The notes beneath the pieces are model-generated. The model had not been told where the DNA came from. It searched no databases and saw only the letters and a list, made by a program, of their open reading frames with translations. From the NCBI GenBank assembly GCA_025786725.1, contig JAHLTZ010000004.1:806001-870000 (forward strand): a stretch of 64,000 nt of DNA. The letters run 5' to 3'. This DNA comes from Syncephalis fuscata S228. Lineage: Eukaryota > Fungi > Zoopagomycota. The position numbers were made by a program, and so were the translations under genes. Shown piece by piece: positions 49,406 through 63,853 of the stretch; positions within the stretch are counted from its first letter, which is position 1; every line of letters begins with the position of its first letter.

Positions 49406-51037
49406 GGAGTGCAATAGCAATTAGGTATTGCTTGCTTGTTTGTTTGTTTGTTAGGAGGATGGTTGAAGAGTAAGGACAGAGGTAAAAGAACGAACAAAAG
49501 AGTGAGTTGTAAGAAAAGAGACTTTCTATCCAAGTATGTCACACTTCTTGAAACAGAACAGGAATTTACTATTCTCAGTGATACATAGACCGCTAGTAAT
49601 AGTATTCAGGCTTGAATTTGGTTACACTACTTGTTGAAATTGTTTGCTAGGATTGGCTCTTACCGTAGGATACGTTTCTATCATTGAAACAATTTATGGT
49701 AAACGGAGTGGCTTCAATGTTGTCGTCATTACTCTGACTAATAGAAGTGAAAATAAATTTGCGTTCTATTAATGGTTTCACACTGTTATGATCTCAATGA
49801 TTAGTTAGATCTTTTTATAATTCGCTAATCCATGATTAAAACTAAATTATCGTGTGTTTTCAAAAGACTAAGGCCGTGACATAACACATGCAGATATAAG
49901 GTGTTATCGTCCAATAAAATCAATGCATTGCCAGGCCAGCGATGTCACGCATTTGCAGTACTCCAGAGTAATATGCAGCAATTTATGCATTTGTACGCAG
50001 CCATTGTTAGTCACAACATGCTTAGCATTAAAATGTGCCCATTCGGCTCGACCCGGTCCATATGAGCTCAGCTTGAGTATTATTAAATCGGAACTCAAAA
50101 TATCTTTTTATACATATTATCAATTCATTAATAATAACGATTAGCCTAAGTTTAGGTAGTACTGTGTTATTTCAATCTTTTTCTATGTTTCATTGCAGAT
50201 TTAATAATAGTGTAATGTATTTTAATACTGCCTATTACACTATTACAATTAAAAATTGCTAAACAAATAAAATATATTTAATTATTTATAGTTGAGCTGA
50301 TAGCTTGGCCATTCTAGTAATAGTAGTAGCAATAGTACTAGGCTACCTTGAGTCATTAATAACGCATCATCAATTATGTAGGTTGATAGATGGTCGCATG
50401 CAAAAGTGACCCACATATTATTGCTACGGCCATGTCTGTATATGCTGTTCCCATGACATCATACATTGGTTGTACGCCACTCTACAGAAATATAGTTATT
50501 TTTGTTTAATATGTGTAAAATTCTAAATTTAAATGTATAAAGCGTATTAAAATCCAACTGTATTAGTATTTTAATGATATACACATTAATCTAATACAGT
50601 ACATCGCTCATCATTAAAAAAAACAGGAGAATACAATGTATTCGATTTGTTTATTGTATCACGAGAACGGTTTACGAATGAAGATTAGCATGCACATTCA
50701 TTGTCTCCTTGCTGCTGCATGCTGATTCTACAGACAAAGACATGCTAGCATGTGCCTGGATTAGATCCGGGCAAATATAAATTCTAGAATGCAAGAAATT
50801 AGGAGGTGCACTAGCCGATGTTTCGTACATTTTTATTATTGCTGATTATTGGTTTATTAATAAAAGAAATCGAGACTGTTACTAACTAGTGTATACGTGG
50901 ACGTAAATGTAGCATGTGCAAGTAGTGTCATCATCAACAACGGCATTATTATCACCGGGGCTAGACCTCCTTACTCTAGTCGCCTCTGCCATGCCAGCCA
51001 ATCGTTTCTGCGGGCGATGAATGGCCGAGGCCTTCAT

Positions 51038-51059
51038 GTGTGTGTGTGTGTGTGTGTGT
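51038..51059. repeat. (GT)n microsatellite
   Basis: About 11 units; another GT tract lies near 62580-62617. Confidence 0.9.
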
Positions 51060-53018
51060 TGTATTCTTGCTTGTTGTTCGTGCTGGTTTTAGACGTGTGG
51101 ATATGGCAGCACGCGCAGTTTAGCTATGAGCCGCGACAAGCACTCACGTCAAATACCATGCTATTATTGATTTGGCTTCTTTGGCCTTTGGCTCTGTGCT
51201 CGAGAATAGTGCGAATGCGTAGATGGCAAGCGCGCTAGGCAGGTAGTTGCATCGTGTTGGTGGCGCTTCAGTCAGATTTAAAACATATATTTAGCGATGA
51301 TGCTGTTGCCCATTGTTGGTGTACACACCAGCCACCAAATTCCTTAATCTTTTTATCAATTTGCAATACACCCACTTTTCCCATCTATTCGTTCTTTACC
51401 ATTTATCTTTACGCTTTTGATGCCTTGTCACTAGTGTATTTCTTTCCCGTACGCTCGTTTTCTTCGCAGCAACATCTGCCTTATCACTATCGACTGGAAT
51501 TTACTTTTTACCAGCTTTTAGTGAAATTGTACTGACGTGCTGCGCTTTTCCGCCATTCGGATATAATTACAAAAGTAACGACATCTGAGATAACTAAACC
51601 ATTAACTTATTGAATTATTGAATATATCATCTTGTAATACGCTGTTGACTCTGGTATTTGTACCAAGTTATCTAGGCCGTAGTAGTGACCATTTCCAGTG
51701 ACATAGCCATACAGTGTACGTATTAATTTCATTTTTTTACCATATTAAGCACCACTATTTATTTAAACAACAATATGATTCTTACACGCAATATACCACA
51801 TCGCTACTTAATTATAACATGTCGATATTAATGGTTGAGACATATGGTTTAACAGTTTACATGACATATTAATTACAGGATGAGAAAAGGGTAAAACGAT
51901 CTTACCAAGCAATGGCGATAACTGTTTATATTTGTAAAATGTTGTAACCATCTTCCTACTGAGAGTAAAAGCGTTGAACAGATTGGTGACAATGCAACGC
52001 ACCTTCTCGTACAAGACTTTTGGCTGGAAAGCTCATTGTTAAATGGCGCCATAAGAACAACGTGATACTGCATGTTACCTACTATAGGTATCAATTCATT
52101 TGCTGCATTGGCTTGCATGCTATGAGCAACAATGGACAAGTCTAGACCCTCTAGCGGGCATACTATTGCCTATACATTGATCTAGACCGCGTCCATTGCT
52201 TTGCTTTTTGTAGTTTTTCCGTATATAGCAAGGCACGAGGAAAATAAGAGAGAAGATTGGTTACACGGACCGCCGATCTATTTATCGCTCATACTTGACT
52301 TGTGCTTTTGCAAGTACGGCTTTTTTCTCTTTTGTTAATTTTATTGCTGTGCTGTCGATAAGTTTTATATTTTTCAATTCCAGGCGCTACTATGTTTATG
52401 ATAATTAGGAGTATCAAAGCTATTATTGGTAGGCATCTATTCATTCTGAAGTGTAGCAAACATTAGAGCTCGTCAAAAATGAATGGCTAAAGTACAATTA
52501 TTTAACAATTCACTTGAACTTGAGATTTCCGATGTACTAAGTAGAAATTACTTTCAAAACAGTTCTATTGGTGCAAGTCGTTTGCGGCACCTTTGCCAAC
52601 CATTGTTGCTTGAATTAATTTGCCACTATGCCGATCAGGTTTAGTCATGTGTCTCTGCTTATTCTGATCAGGTTATTTCCTTAGCCTATGGCATATTTTT
52701 TTAGTTAATATATATAACAAGTTTTTATTATTATCCACTAGTAAACTTACTAACGCACTTTGTTCTATTTATTATTCCTTTTTACATAGATATTTTTACT
52801 TGTAATTGATTTATTTCAATAGCGTTTTACTGACACGACAGTAATAACAAAGACAGCTGCAACAAAAATCTTTAATAATAATAATAGTAGTAGTAATAAC
52901 AATAATACCCGTAGTAAAGTTGCAGCAGAAGCAAACATTCGCAAATCCACTATTTCGTATTAATACATACTAAAAAAGTGTATAGTTTATTGTGATTATT
53001 ACTGCTAACAGTAATACT

Positions 53019-56000
53019 ATGACGGTCGAACTATCGTTGCTGCAAGGCTCTCAAACAGGGCCAGAGTTGATTGATGCGTTGGACATACTTCATATGCAAT
53101 TAGAACAGCTAGTCAACTCACCTCCAAAATACTTTCGACATCTTTGTGACACTATAAGAATTCTTTTGGATGCACCATTAGTTTCTTTTCTATATCCAGT
53201 AGCCGTGGATCCTCTTATGAACCACCATCTTTATCGCACCTATGGATTTCCTATAATGGAACCTGATGCAGATGTGCTACCTGGGGAGAAACTTCCCTCC
53301 GATGGAGCCATTTTTTCTTTTGAACCATACGCAACACGATTCCATCGATTGATGCTTGCTAGCGGATTTGCTCGTCTCGAGGTAGGCGAGAGTGAAGATG
53401 GTACTGTAGAGACACCTGATTGGTGGCCACGTACAATTGCTACTTCATGTGATGAAAAGCAAGCCAGTCCAGGTGAAACAATAAGCTATACAGATTCGGC
53501 ATCGTCGCCTACGTCCAATTTACCAACTTTGCTGGAAAATAATCCCGGCAAAAGCTTGATAAAAATGTTCAGTCAATTTGCAAAAAGTGGCACGGCATAC
53601 ATAGGTCACCTTATTAGGCTGTCATTTTCGCAAATACCGGCGGAACACTTGGAGAATGACACCGAAACAAGCAATTCTAGTTTGCCACCGCGATTAGGAA
53701 GTTTATTCTGTATCTTTCTTCCTAATACGTCGCTGGATAAATTTCCATTGGAAACACGGCAAGCCCGAAAGATTGAAGTAGACTGGACATTACGTTTGGT
53801 CAACTCATGGCTTGATGCCATTTTTGCTAATGAGTTTTCTCATCTTGGCACTGAAGATGACCGTCCAATGGACATACTAAACAGCAAGTCGCTGCAATCG
53901 CACATGGCCGGTAGAAATCGTAAACGAACAGCGGAGTGTGCACTTGATCAAAATGACAATGCTGGTAAAACAAGTGCCAGTGCTAGCAAATTGTTCGATA
54001 GTGCTTCAACGGATCTAACTCATAAATTGTCAAGTACAATTACAAGCCCAAGTGAAGAACCGGTTCAGAAACGTGTTAGGCTACGACGAGAAAGTCAACA
54101 TCTTCAAGGCATTCAAATGGCTCATGATCATACAAATGACTCTGAGCGCTATTTTTCATATATGAATCGAGACGATGTGTTTGGTAAGTCTGGCGTAGCA
54201 TCCGAACCATTCCACTTCAGTTTTGGCGCGTTCATAAAACCACCCACTTATTCGACACTCGATCATTTCTCACTACAAACTGGTCGTCGTCTTTATTGTA
54301 ATAATAATGATAATGATAATGGTGCCATTGATGCTTCTACTGATGATTCGCAAAAAATCGCCTCTCATTTACTCAAGTTTTCTGAAATTTCGTATCTTGC
54401 GCATGCGCAATTGAATGAATCATCCGTGGTCTCAGAAATATTATATGGTTCGTAGCTATATTGACTGCTCTTTATGATCTATTATTACAAAATATGATTA
54501 TGTAATCGTAGTACACCTTGTTTCAATATCTTTTTTCTAACAAATATGCAATTTTATAATATTATCATTTACTTCTTTGCGCCTATTAATATGTAATTTA
54601 ACAATTTACTAACATTTCTATTGTATTTTGTTTGATATAGCGCGTTTTTCGCATGAACTAAGGTAAGTTTAACTTTAATTGAATGTATAGTTTACATTAA
54701 CATAATAAATAATTACAGAACACCGCTGCAGACTATTGCATCTGTTGCGCAGTTAATGCAAACAGTTTTGGAGGTAAATCCACCGGAAACTGAACAAGTG
54801 TCCAATGCCGATATTGCACGTACCTCAGACATTATAGAGGCGCGTGGACAACTGCGTATTATCTTAGCGGCATCTGAGAAGATAACGCGAATGATTGATG
54901 ATTTAATTGATTTGATATTCTGGAGTACAACAGGCGTACCAACCGTGTCAGTTTTAGAAATACGAACAATCTCTGTCAAGGAAATGGTCAATATGGCTTT
55001 TTCACGCGTTGAAGAATCCTTGAATATTGGCGGATTTCTTGAACAAGATTCAATTAAAACCGAGTATAATTCTTCGGTTGTTAGCGATACTGCATCAGCA
55101 TCAATTAGCTCATCTTCAAAACTTATGAACATTTCGATGCGTCTAGAAATAGATGATGGATTTCCCGAATGGATTCAAGGTAATTTACAAAATAACCAAT
55201 CCAAGTTTACTAATCTCCTAATTGTTACAATATCTAGTTGATCGCAACAAAATCATGCGTGTATTAAAACATCTTATCCGCAATGCTTGTCAGGTATAGT
55301 AAATACCTGTGTTAATAACAATATTATTTAAACTAATTTATTGCATAAAATTAGGCTGTTGGTTCAAAAGGCGAAGTCATTGTACGTGTATCGTTGAAAG
55401 ACGGCGATGCTACAATCTCGGATAATAGCAATATCTCTCAAACTACTGAGAACAAACAATTTATTATTTTTAGTGTTATTGTAAGTAACTAATGTGCTAT
55501 TGTTTTAAAATATTTATTAACTCATTTCTATTGTAAACTAATAATAACAATAACATTAATAACAATGATGATATAGGATAATGGCAGTGGAATAACTAAA
55601 GAGGCTTGTAAGCAGCTGTTTGTTCTTAATTCGGACCATGGTGATCCTAGTCATGAGGGAGCAGGTAAGCATTTTAAACTATTAAATGATATTCTGACCC
55701 ATTAATAGCTCGTTATTCTATTCAATCGCCAACCTTACTAACCTCTACATCTACACTGCCTATAAATTATATATGTGCCAACAATAACGATGGATATTCA
55801 GGTATGGGACTTGTTGTTAGCAAAGGTCTCGTTCAATCAATGTCTGGCGATCTATGGCTAGAAAATACAACGGTTGGCAAAGGAAGCGAGTTTTGTGTCC
55901 GTATTCCACTTTATACGACACCACAGAGATCGACCTCTCCAACGACGTCAAATCCATCCGCAACATCACCAATTAACAATTCACACAATGAATTAAGTGA

Positions 56001-56760
56001 ATTGGTTAAATCAAACGCCATGGAGCTTGATAGTGTTGTACATGATAATAATAGTAACACTATTGATATCGATAACAATTCATCTAAAAAAAATGATGTC
56101 GATAACGCTACTGATGATATAACAAGCGATGAAATAATACCAGTACAACAGCATCGGCAACAGCAACATTTTAATGAAATTCAATCAATTGCCGAACTAC
56201 GTGTTTTAGTAGTCGAGGACAATTTTGTTGTTCGTAAACTCATTGTACGTATGCTTGGTCGACTTGGTTTGGTCAACGTTGTGGAATGTGAGAATGGTCT
56301 CGTAGCAGTACAGCAGTGTCAAAAAGACTACTACGATCTTGTTTTAATGGATTGTGGCATGCCAGTGTAAGTTATATTTGACATGTTTTATTATTATTTG
56401 CTTAAACGCATTCATAGAATGGATGGCTTTGAAGCATCACGCCAAATCCGTAAAATGTATGGTACGCCCGTTGATAATACCGATTCTTCTTCAAAGGAAA
56501 TAGCCAATTCATGTCAAAGCTGTCAAGAAAATCAATGCAAGATTTCCAAGTCGGCATCCGCACTTACTTATTGCAAGGATGCGTTGCCACGTATGCGCAT
56601 TGTTGCCGTCACAGCCAATGCTAGTTACGCGCATCGTCAACGTGTACTCCAATCTGGCATCGATTACTGCATTCTTAAGCCAATTCGTTTTGATGACCTA
56701 CAAGAGGTAGTACGCCAGCTGGCCACGGAACGTAATTTTGCCTTTAAAAATACTATTTAA
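53019..56760 (+). CDS. Hybrid histidine kinase (HisKA-HATPase-receiver), multi-exon; may have additional 5' exons
   Basis: Spliced RFSHELRTPL, HLIRNA, VIDNGSGI and GAGMGLVVSKGLVQSMSG, plus receiver VLVVEDN..LVLMDCGMP|MDG..VAVTANA..LKP. Confidence 0.92.
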
Positions 56761-57176
56761 GTAGCTTCCTCTCGTTGCTTTTCTTACTTTTTTCTCCTCT
56801 TGCCAGTGTCGTTTAATTCTTGTAATATTCAAGATGACCATGACGACACCGATGATAATGATGCCGTATCATTTCCACCGCGACTTTCCGAAGGTGGCCT
56901 TGTGTTTTTGATATTGCTATTCGTCTACTTTATCATCTCTAATTTTTTGCGCGCTTGCTCATTTCTTTATCTGTGGCATTGCTTAACGCTTTGCGGTTTT
57001 GTAGGCTAAGCAATGGTGAATCTCTTCAACGTCACCTACGCTCACTCTATTAATATTGAACTTTATTTCAATAATTTGCATTTATTTTTATTTAAAATAT
57101 TCCTAAGTCAATGAAAACGTCATACATAGCCTTGTTAAATGAATAAAAAGTCATAATTGGCTGTGCTAGATGCTCA

Positions 57177-57304
57177 TTAGATTTCATGCTCTGTAAGTAG
57201 CATATTAGCCACACCATCTTTAATTCGGTAGATGTGTCCACATCCATCGCATATCATTTTGCCTTCAATAATACGCGTCTAATTATCATATTAATTAATT
57301 AGCA

Positions 57305-57335
<31 letters not shown>

Positions 57336-57688
57336 CGCTTACTTCTAATAGAATCTTGTGAAGAGCATTTAATACTGTCTCATTCATGTCTTCAGGCATC
57401 TGTTCAGGAAGCTCTGTAATACCAAGCTATATAACAAATCAAAATAAGTAACCTATATAAACACTACTTTCTGCTGCTATCTCTTGCCGATCATCGTGTA
57501 CCTACCTGAATTGCCGTGGTGCGAAGGGCCGTCCAATCGATTTTTGGTAACATACCAATAAGAAAATCGGCATTCATCTCAGTTCTTTCCTCGGTGTCCA
57601 GTTGAACCTCTTCAAAACGTAGTGGATAGTTGTTCGTGGTACAACCACGAGCGTGGCATTGAAGCATATTATGCGTTAAAAGTCTCAT
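57177..57688 (-). CDS. TRM112: Methyltransferase activator Trm112 (3 exons)
   Basis: MRLLTHNMLQC...LHKILLE|TRIIEGKMICDGCGHIYRIKDGVANMLLTEHEI*. Confidence 0.95.
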
Positions 57689-57826
57689 GGTGAACAAGAA
57701 TGAAGTAAAGTAGAAAAAAAAACAAATATTTTTTGTGTGTCTATTATTTTGTCTTTTATGTAAAGTTATTTAATCAATCAAGTGTTCAATTAGTGTTTAT
57801 TGTTTATCAAAAGATGCAAATCAATT

Positions 57827-59847
57827 TTAAGCAGAGGTGGGATTTTCATAAGCAGCTGAATGAACTGCTTGAGCACGACCTGATGGATCCTCTGGACAAC
57901 CTAAATAAATAAATAATTAAAATAAAAAGCAAGTTAATAATTAAATAAAGCTATAATACAATTACTATGGCTTACCCCAATCAGCACGCGGAATCCAACG
58001 TACTACAGTGCTGGCTGTAGCTTGGCCAGGGAATTGTTTTTCAAATATATCGCGGTACCAATAGGCTTCTTTGGTCTTTGGTGTGTCCTCTGGCCAGCGA
58101 GCAGCACTCTGGCCAAACGCTTCATCGCTTACAAGTGCTGCAGCTTGATCGCGAAGTGAATCGATCCAGCTGTAGCCGACACCATCGGAGAACTGTTCCT
58201 TTTGGCGCCAAAGAATATGCTCAGGTAGATACGGCTTTTCTGGTGTATCAAATGCTTTACGTAGAATATATTTCTCTGCACGGTCCGACAAAATAAGCTT
58301 GTCCTTAGGATCAATCGTCATACAAGCATCCAAGAAGTCGCGATCTAAAAATGGCACGCGGGCCTCAAGACCCCATGCCATAGTCGACTTATTGGCACGT
58401 AGACAATCGGCTGTATGAAGGTTTTTGACACGTTGCACTGTTTCTGCGTGGAAATCAGCCGGTGTTGGTGCTTTGTGGAAATAGAGATATCCTAATTAAA
58501 TGTAAAATAAACATATAACAATAAAAATATTAATAAATATACTATTAACGCTAATTAGTATTAATAACACTTACCGCCAAAGATTTCATCACTGCCTTCA
58601 CCGCTAAGTACCATTTTCACGCCCATCGATTTAATTTTACGACTAAGTAGGTACATAGGTGTACTAGCACGAATAGTAGTCACATCATATGTCTCCAGAT
58701 GATTGATAACATCAGCAATGGCATCGTGGCCTTCTTGCAGCGTGAATGTAAACTCATGATGGGCCGTGTTTAAGAATTTAGCCACTTCGCGTGCCGCCAC
58801 AAGGTCCGGCGAGTTAAGAAGTCCGACGCTGAAGGAGTGGAGCTTTGGAAAACCCGTGAGACCATCTACTAACATTAGTTAATCGTCTATTCGCACGCAC
58901 TTTTGCAAGTTCACATACTCATATCAATATTTTTTTCGATAGAACTGTTAGCTTCCTGGCGTAATTTCTCAGCTTCACGTACAGCAATACTGGCAATAAG
59001 ACTTGAGTCAAGGCCACCGCTCAACAGTACACCATATGGCACTTCGCTCATTAAACGCTTGCGGACTGCAGCCTCAAGATGTGTACGAATTGAAGTAAGA
59101 TCGGCCGGTGTCGTAGGTACTTTAGCGCCATCCCACCAGATTGGCTGGTAGTAGCGGGTCGTTTCCCCTGTCAACGAGTCAAAAACATGACCAGGAGGGA
59201 ACGACTCAAGATGGTCGCACTCTTCGTGGAGTGCTTTCATTTCTGAGGCAAAGTATAGCGTATCTGGATGTGCGCTATGATGGCCACGATAAAGCGTTGT
59301 AATGCCAATGGGGTCCCGTGCAGCAATAACACGCTGTTTGCGTGTATCTACAAGCACAAAACTAAACATGCCATCCAGTAAATTGACTAGATCGATGCCC
59401 ATTTCCTCGTACTATATTATGTTATTAGCAATAAATACGTCATAAATAAATAACTCACCAAATAGATAATAACTTCACAATCCGATTGTGTCTTAAAGAC
59501 AATATCTTTGCGCTTTAGTTGTTTGCGCAGAGCAAGATGGTTGTAGATCTCGCCGTTTACCGAAAGAATAATTGTACCGTCGGCATTGGTCAATGGTTGG
59601 GCGCCACTATCTATATTCACGTTAAAATCGCTCAATTGCAAAAACAATACGCAATAGTTGCTGGTTGGTTATACTTACCAACACCAACAATGGCTAATCG
59701 CTCGTGAGCAATAATATGTTGACCCGAGATAATACAGCCACTCCAGTCAGGACCACGGTGGCGGATCGACTTGGACATCTCCAAAACGCGGTGGCGATAT
59801 TGCTCGGCATCGCCGTGGTAGTTGAAAACAGCACAAATACCACACAT
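57827..59847 (-). CDS. ASN1: Glutamine-dependent asparagine synthetase (multi-exon)
   Basis: MCGI (Ntn Cys), [53 protein letters not shown] and DPSGRA. Confidence 0.96.
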
Positions 59848-60886
59848 AGCAGCAGTTGAAAGTTATAAAAAGAAAAAAGCGGTAATAACGGAATAAAACG
59901 AAGGGCCAGCTATAGAAGCAATGAGCTATAGCGCAAGTTATGCTGGACATTAAATAGGGGGCGGTAACACAGATGATAGATGGATCAATCAATCAATCTC
60001 AGCATTGCTGCCAACCGGATGGCAACGGAGCAAGTCGGGGTATTGATAGGCCGTGGCGTTCTCATCGCTATTAGGCAGTATGAAACGATTGATAGGTAAG
60101 AACAGAAGCCATGCCAATGTTTGAAACCGGTTATCACTGTTGGCAAGCGACAACTATTTTATTAATATAAACGAAGTATATAGCAAACGCGACTAATTAA
60201 ATAAATAGCAAAACAAGTTGAAATATCTAACAGGCACAAGAAATGATAGAATGCTAGAATAATTGTGTATTATTTTAGTAAAACACGGTATTTATCATTT
60301 AATTTGGATTACAACTCAATATACTATAATCATAATAAGAAAAGGTAGAAATGCCAAGCGGAGCATTGTATAAATATTTAGATTAGGCGCCTGACTTATT
60401 AGAGTAGGTGCCTGATAGTCAGGCAATATGCACCTGATGGGAATAAATGTAAACGAGGCTTATATTACTATTAATTATACTTTTATATCCCTTGATGAGT
60501 AAGCTTTATAATTACACAATATAACAAATTATATATATATTCTTTTTAACCATCATAACAGTTTAATAGATACAATTAATTAATCGATGTATAAATAAGG
60601 TTTTATTATTAAACATTAATGAAAACTTTGATAGTTTCAATGTATTAAAAATGCAGTTTATTATTTTAATTAATGCAACATTTATTACATTTCTACAGCA
60701 TCAAAGATGATTATTGTTTTAATTAATGTTCATAATAAAATTTTGCTTTTACATTTATTTATTTATTTACTACTACGCTTTTATGGCAGTTAAAAATATA
60801 ATTAAATAAATAGATATAATTTATTCGTGTTTAGTTCCAAAATGATATTGCTTATTATACTAAATAAAAACAACGCGTAATAATTA

Positions 60887-62347
60887 TTATCGGCCAACTG
60901 CTGCCAAACTTGGTTTCCGTAAGCGACGTTGTCCATTTAATGGAGAAGAATTCTGAGTTGCTCGGGAGATGTGATGGCGCGGCACAACAACCACTGATGA
61001 AACTGCCTCTTGCAGATCACGACTATCTTCATTACCGTCACCGTGGTTTAAACTGGGAAATACTGATAGTCTGCTCAAGTGTAGATTTGAATCAGAGTAT
61101 TCTAAAGAACTAGGCGGTGGATCGGCCAAAATTGAAGAATTTACCGGTGTGTAATAAAAACTTTCTCGTTCAGACATTGCAGGTGGTGGTAAAACTGATG
61201 TCTGTGAAATGTTTACTGCCCATGACAAATTCTCTGTATTTGTTTCGATCGTACAGGGCGATGGATTGGTGTTTATTGCATATCGATACTCATTACTTTT
61301 ACTGTTGTTTATGGTATTAATACCGATACAGTTGCTTTCATTATTACTTGTTGTTATTGGATGGCCGATGACAGTTGCATGTAATACACTGGGTCTGGCC
61401 TTTTCAAATATAGTTTCGGGTGCTTTGCCGCAGCAATGTTTAAATAAAATACGAAAACTATCACTATCGGTAGAAAAGGCGAAAAAGTCTAGAATGCCTA
61501 ATAGTGAGCTTAAAATGTCGCCCATCATTTGACTATCTAATTCTTTTTGGCGTACTTCAGGCGACCAGTCGCTTGGATCGGGGCCAGCCGGTGCCCATGC
61601 ATCTCCAGGAGCATTGGCATATTCGTGAAAGCTAAGGTAAACATGAAAGACACCGGCAACACCAATGTTAAGACACACGACCAAAAGCCGGATAATAACA
61701 CTGATGGGCAGTAAACGCGCGTCCAAATAGCGTAACATGTGCCGCCATCGTAATAGAAATTGTAGAACACTTGCGAGTAGCATACCAAGACAGACAGCCG
61801 TTGGTAAAATGCCCCATGCAGCGTCAGAACCAATTAATTGCCAGCGCACCGAGTACGCATACCGGCAATCGTAGATACCTGTTTTCCGCATGGCCGGCCA
61901 TAATTGTAGTTGTGGCAGTACACCTAAAATGGCCGGAATTATTGGCACCAAGTAAGCAAGCCAGCTAGTCCATTTATCAATATGCTTCCAACTATCGGTC
62001 GCGTTAAACATGCCGGTTTCTTGGCGGATAACCGCACGCCAAATACGACAAGCAAATCCAGCGGCAAATATTTGCATAGCCCGTGGTGCGTAAAGAGCAA
62101 TCGATCGTCGGGTAAAACAGGCCGCGACGGGTGCGTCAATCATCATTACCCCGTAGAGTGTTAGATGAATTAACTGCGATAGATGATACAAGACCATAAC
62201 AACCGAGTACCGAGCAATGAACCAACGATGTAGCTTTGCCTGCGTATAGCAGACACACAATGCTCCAATCAATGAAAATATATGGAACACGATAATGACC
62301 ACCTCTATCGATGTTGGCGGTACCATCGAATCTATCATATCGTACAT
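60887..62347 (-). CDS. 7TM GPCR (cAMP-receptor/Git3-like) with a Ser-rich tail
   Basis: Intronless, seven hydrophobic segments, Cys at the top of TM3 (AACF) and in ECL2 (YDCRY), TM7 LLGILDFFAFST. Confidence 0.75.
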   Translation of the reverse strand: MYDMIDSMVPPTSIEVVIIVFHIFSLIGALCVCYTQAKLHRWFIARYSVVMVLYHLSQLIHLTLYGVMMIDAPVAACFTRRSIALYAPRAMQIFAAGFACRIWRAVIRQETGMFNATDSWKHIDKWTSWLAYLVPIIPAILGVLPQLQLWPAMRKTGIYDCRYAYSVRWQLIGSDAAWGILPTAVCLGMLLASVLQFLLRWRHMLRYLDARLLPISVIIRLLVVCLNIGVAGVFHVYLSFHEYANAPGDAWAPAGPDPSDWSPEVRQKELDSQMMGDILSSLLGILDFFAFSTDSDSFRILFKHCCGKAPETIFEKARPSVLHATVIGHPITTSNNESNCIGINTINNSKSNEYRYAINTNPSPCTIETNTENLSWAVNISQTSVLPPPAMSERESFYYTPVNSSILADPPPSSLEYSDSNLHLSRLSVFPSLNHGDGNEDSRDLQEAVSSVVVVPRHHISRATQNSSPLNGQRRLRKPSLAAVGR

Positions 62348-63853
62348 GGTGAACAAGGATTACAATAGAATAAGGGGCAAGCCAAAAGTAAAGAAATCGA
62401 CGGCAACACAACTATTCTGAGGATGGATTTAAATTCGCGTCAAGCGTTGGCAGTTTGCAAAAAGGATCAACCTCCTTGCTTTTACAAATGTGATATGGTT
62501 AACAAAGTAATGCTTAAGTACTGCGCTATTTAAAATAATGAGGTTTTTTCCCTGTAACACTAAAAATAGGCAGTCCAGTCGTGTGTGTTTGCGTGTTTGC
62601 GTGTGTGTGTGTGTGTGCTGATACGTGAATCAAAAAAGTAAACACTTTAATTTGAAAAAGCGTTTTTTTACTTATCGTAAAATAAAGCAAAGAAGCGTGC
62701 CAGAAGCGTTGGTAGTCGTTAAAATCGTTGAATCAAAAATGTCGTTTTGTTGTTTGCAGCTATCATACTATCATTGAATAGTAGTTATACATTCATCAAC
62801 AATCTGATGGTAATGATAGGCTGATAGACAGGTCAATGAATGGTGATAGCGCGGAAAGTACGAGCAATGGTGTAAAGGAAAGACTCAAACAATATGAGAA
62901 AAGGTATTTGTTGTTATGGACGGGTTTATTCAAAATTACGGGGTATAAAAAAGAAGGGCCGAAGTGAGGATGAGACAGTATAAAATAAAAGCCGACAAAT
63001 AAATAAGGATATTTGCCAGATTGAGCGAATGTGCAGGAATATTGAACGGTAAATTGAGACGATAAATTGAATGTTATCTCTGTAAAAAATCCAAATTCAA
63101 CTATTTAGGGGTCATTGCATTCTACTCCGCTTGAGCGGGTCTTTAAGGATAAACACAAGTGAACAGTAAACTGCCATATCAGGAGAAAAACCATCATTAT
63201 TCAAAACGACATGTGTCTCAGTAGCCCGACACTCATACAAGTTATGCCATTCTCAATGAGGTAGTAAACACGTGCCATTATTTCTTTTGGTATGACCGAT
63301 TATTATTTGACAAAAAGCTTAAGAATATAGATTGAGATAGAGGACTGATTTGATTGATTGGCCAAGGGCGTATGGTTACCTATTACAGTCGATTATTAAG
63401 ATAAAAAACCATACTTTATACTGGTAAACAACACGATCGTTGTATGACGTGTATGGTAAGTAGTAACAGGTTATAGTTGATAGTCGATTTTGTTTAACAA
63501 TTGATACAATAAGAGCATTTATAAGTGTGGGTGTCATCGATATTTATTGTTTTAAAAACCAACATGCGGAGTTGTAACTTTCGATACAAAAGTGGATCGC
63601 CATTTTGGTAATAGCTATTGTTATAGAATTTTATTAAATTCAATCACTTGTTAATATTTTGAAATAAACAACAACTGAGTCTTTTTATACAGTTAAAATA
63701 TATTATTGTTACATGTTATTATAATAGCTATAATTGCTGTTTATAAAGTACAGTCTCGTTTGTAGCAGTATTGCGTGACAGTCTTATCGGATCAATCGAT
63801 ATAATAGATAATTATTACCGATAGTCCAGCATATTTACTGCCAAAAAAAGCAA

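Noticed and set aside
51808-52139. Short ORFs upstream of the histidine kinase
   Set aside because: No motifs or splice support; may be UTR or relic sequence.
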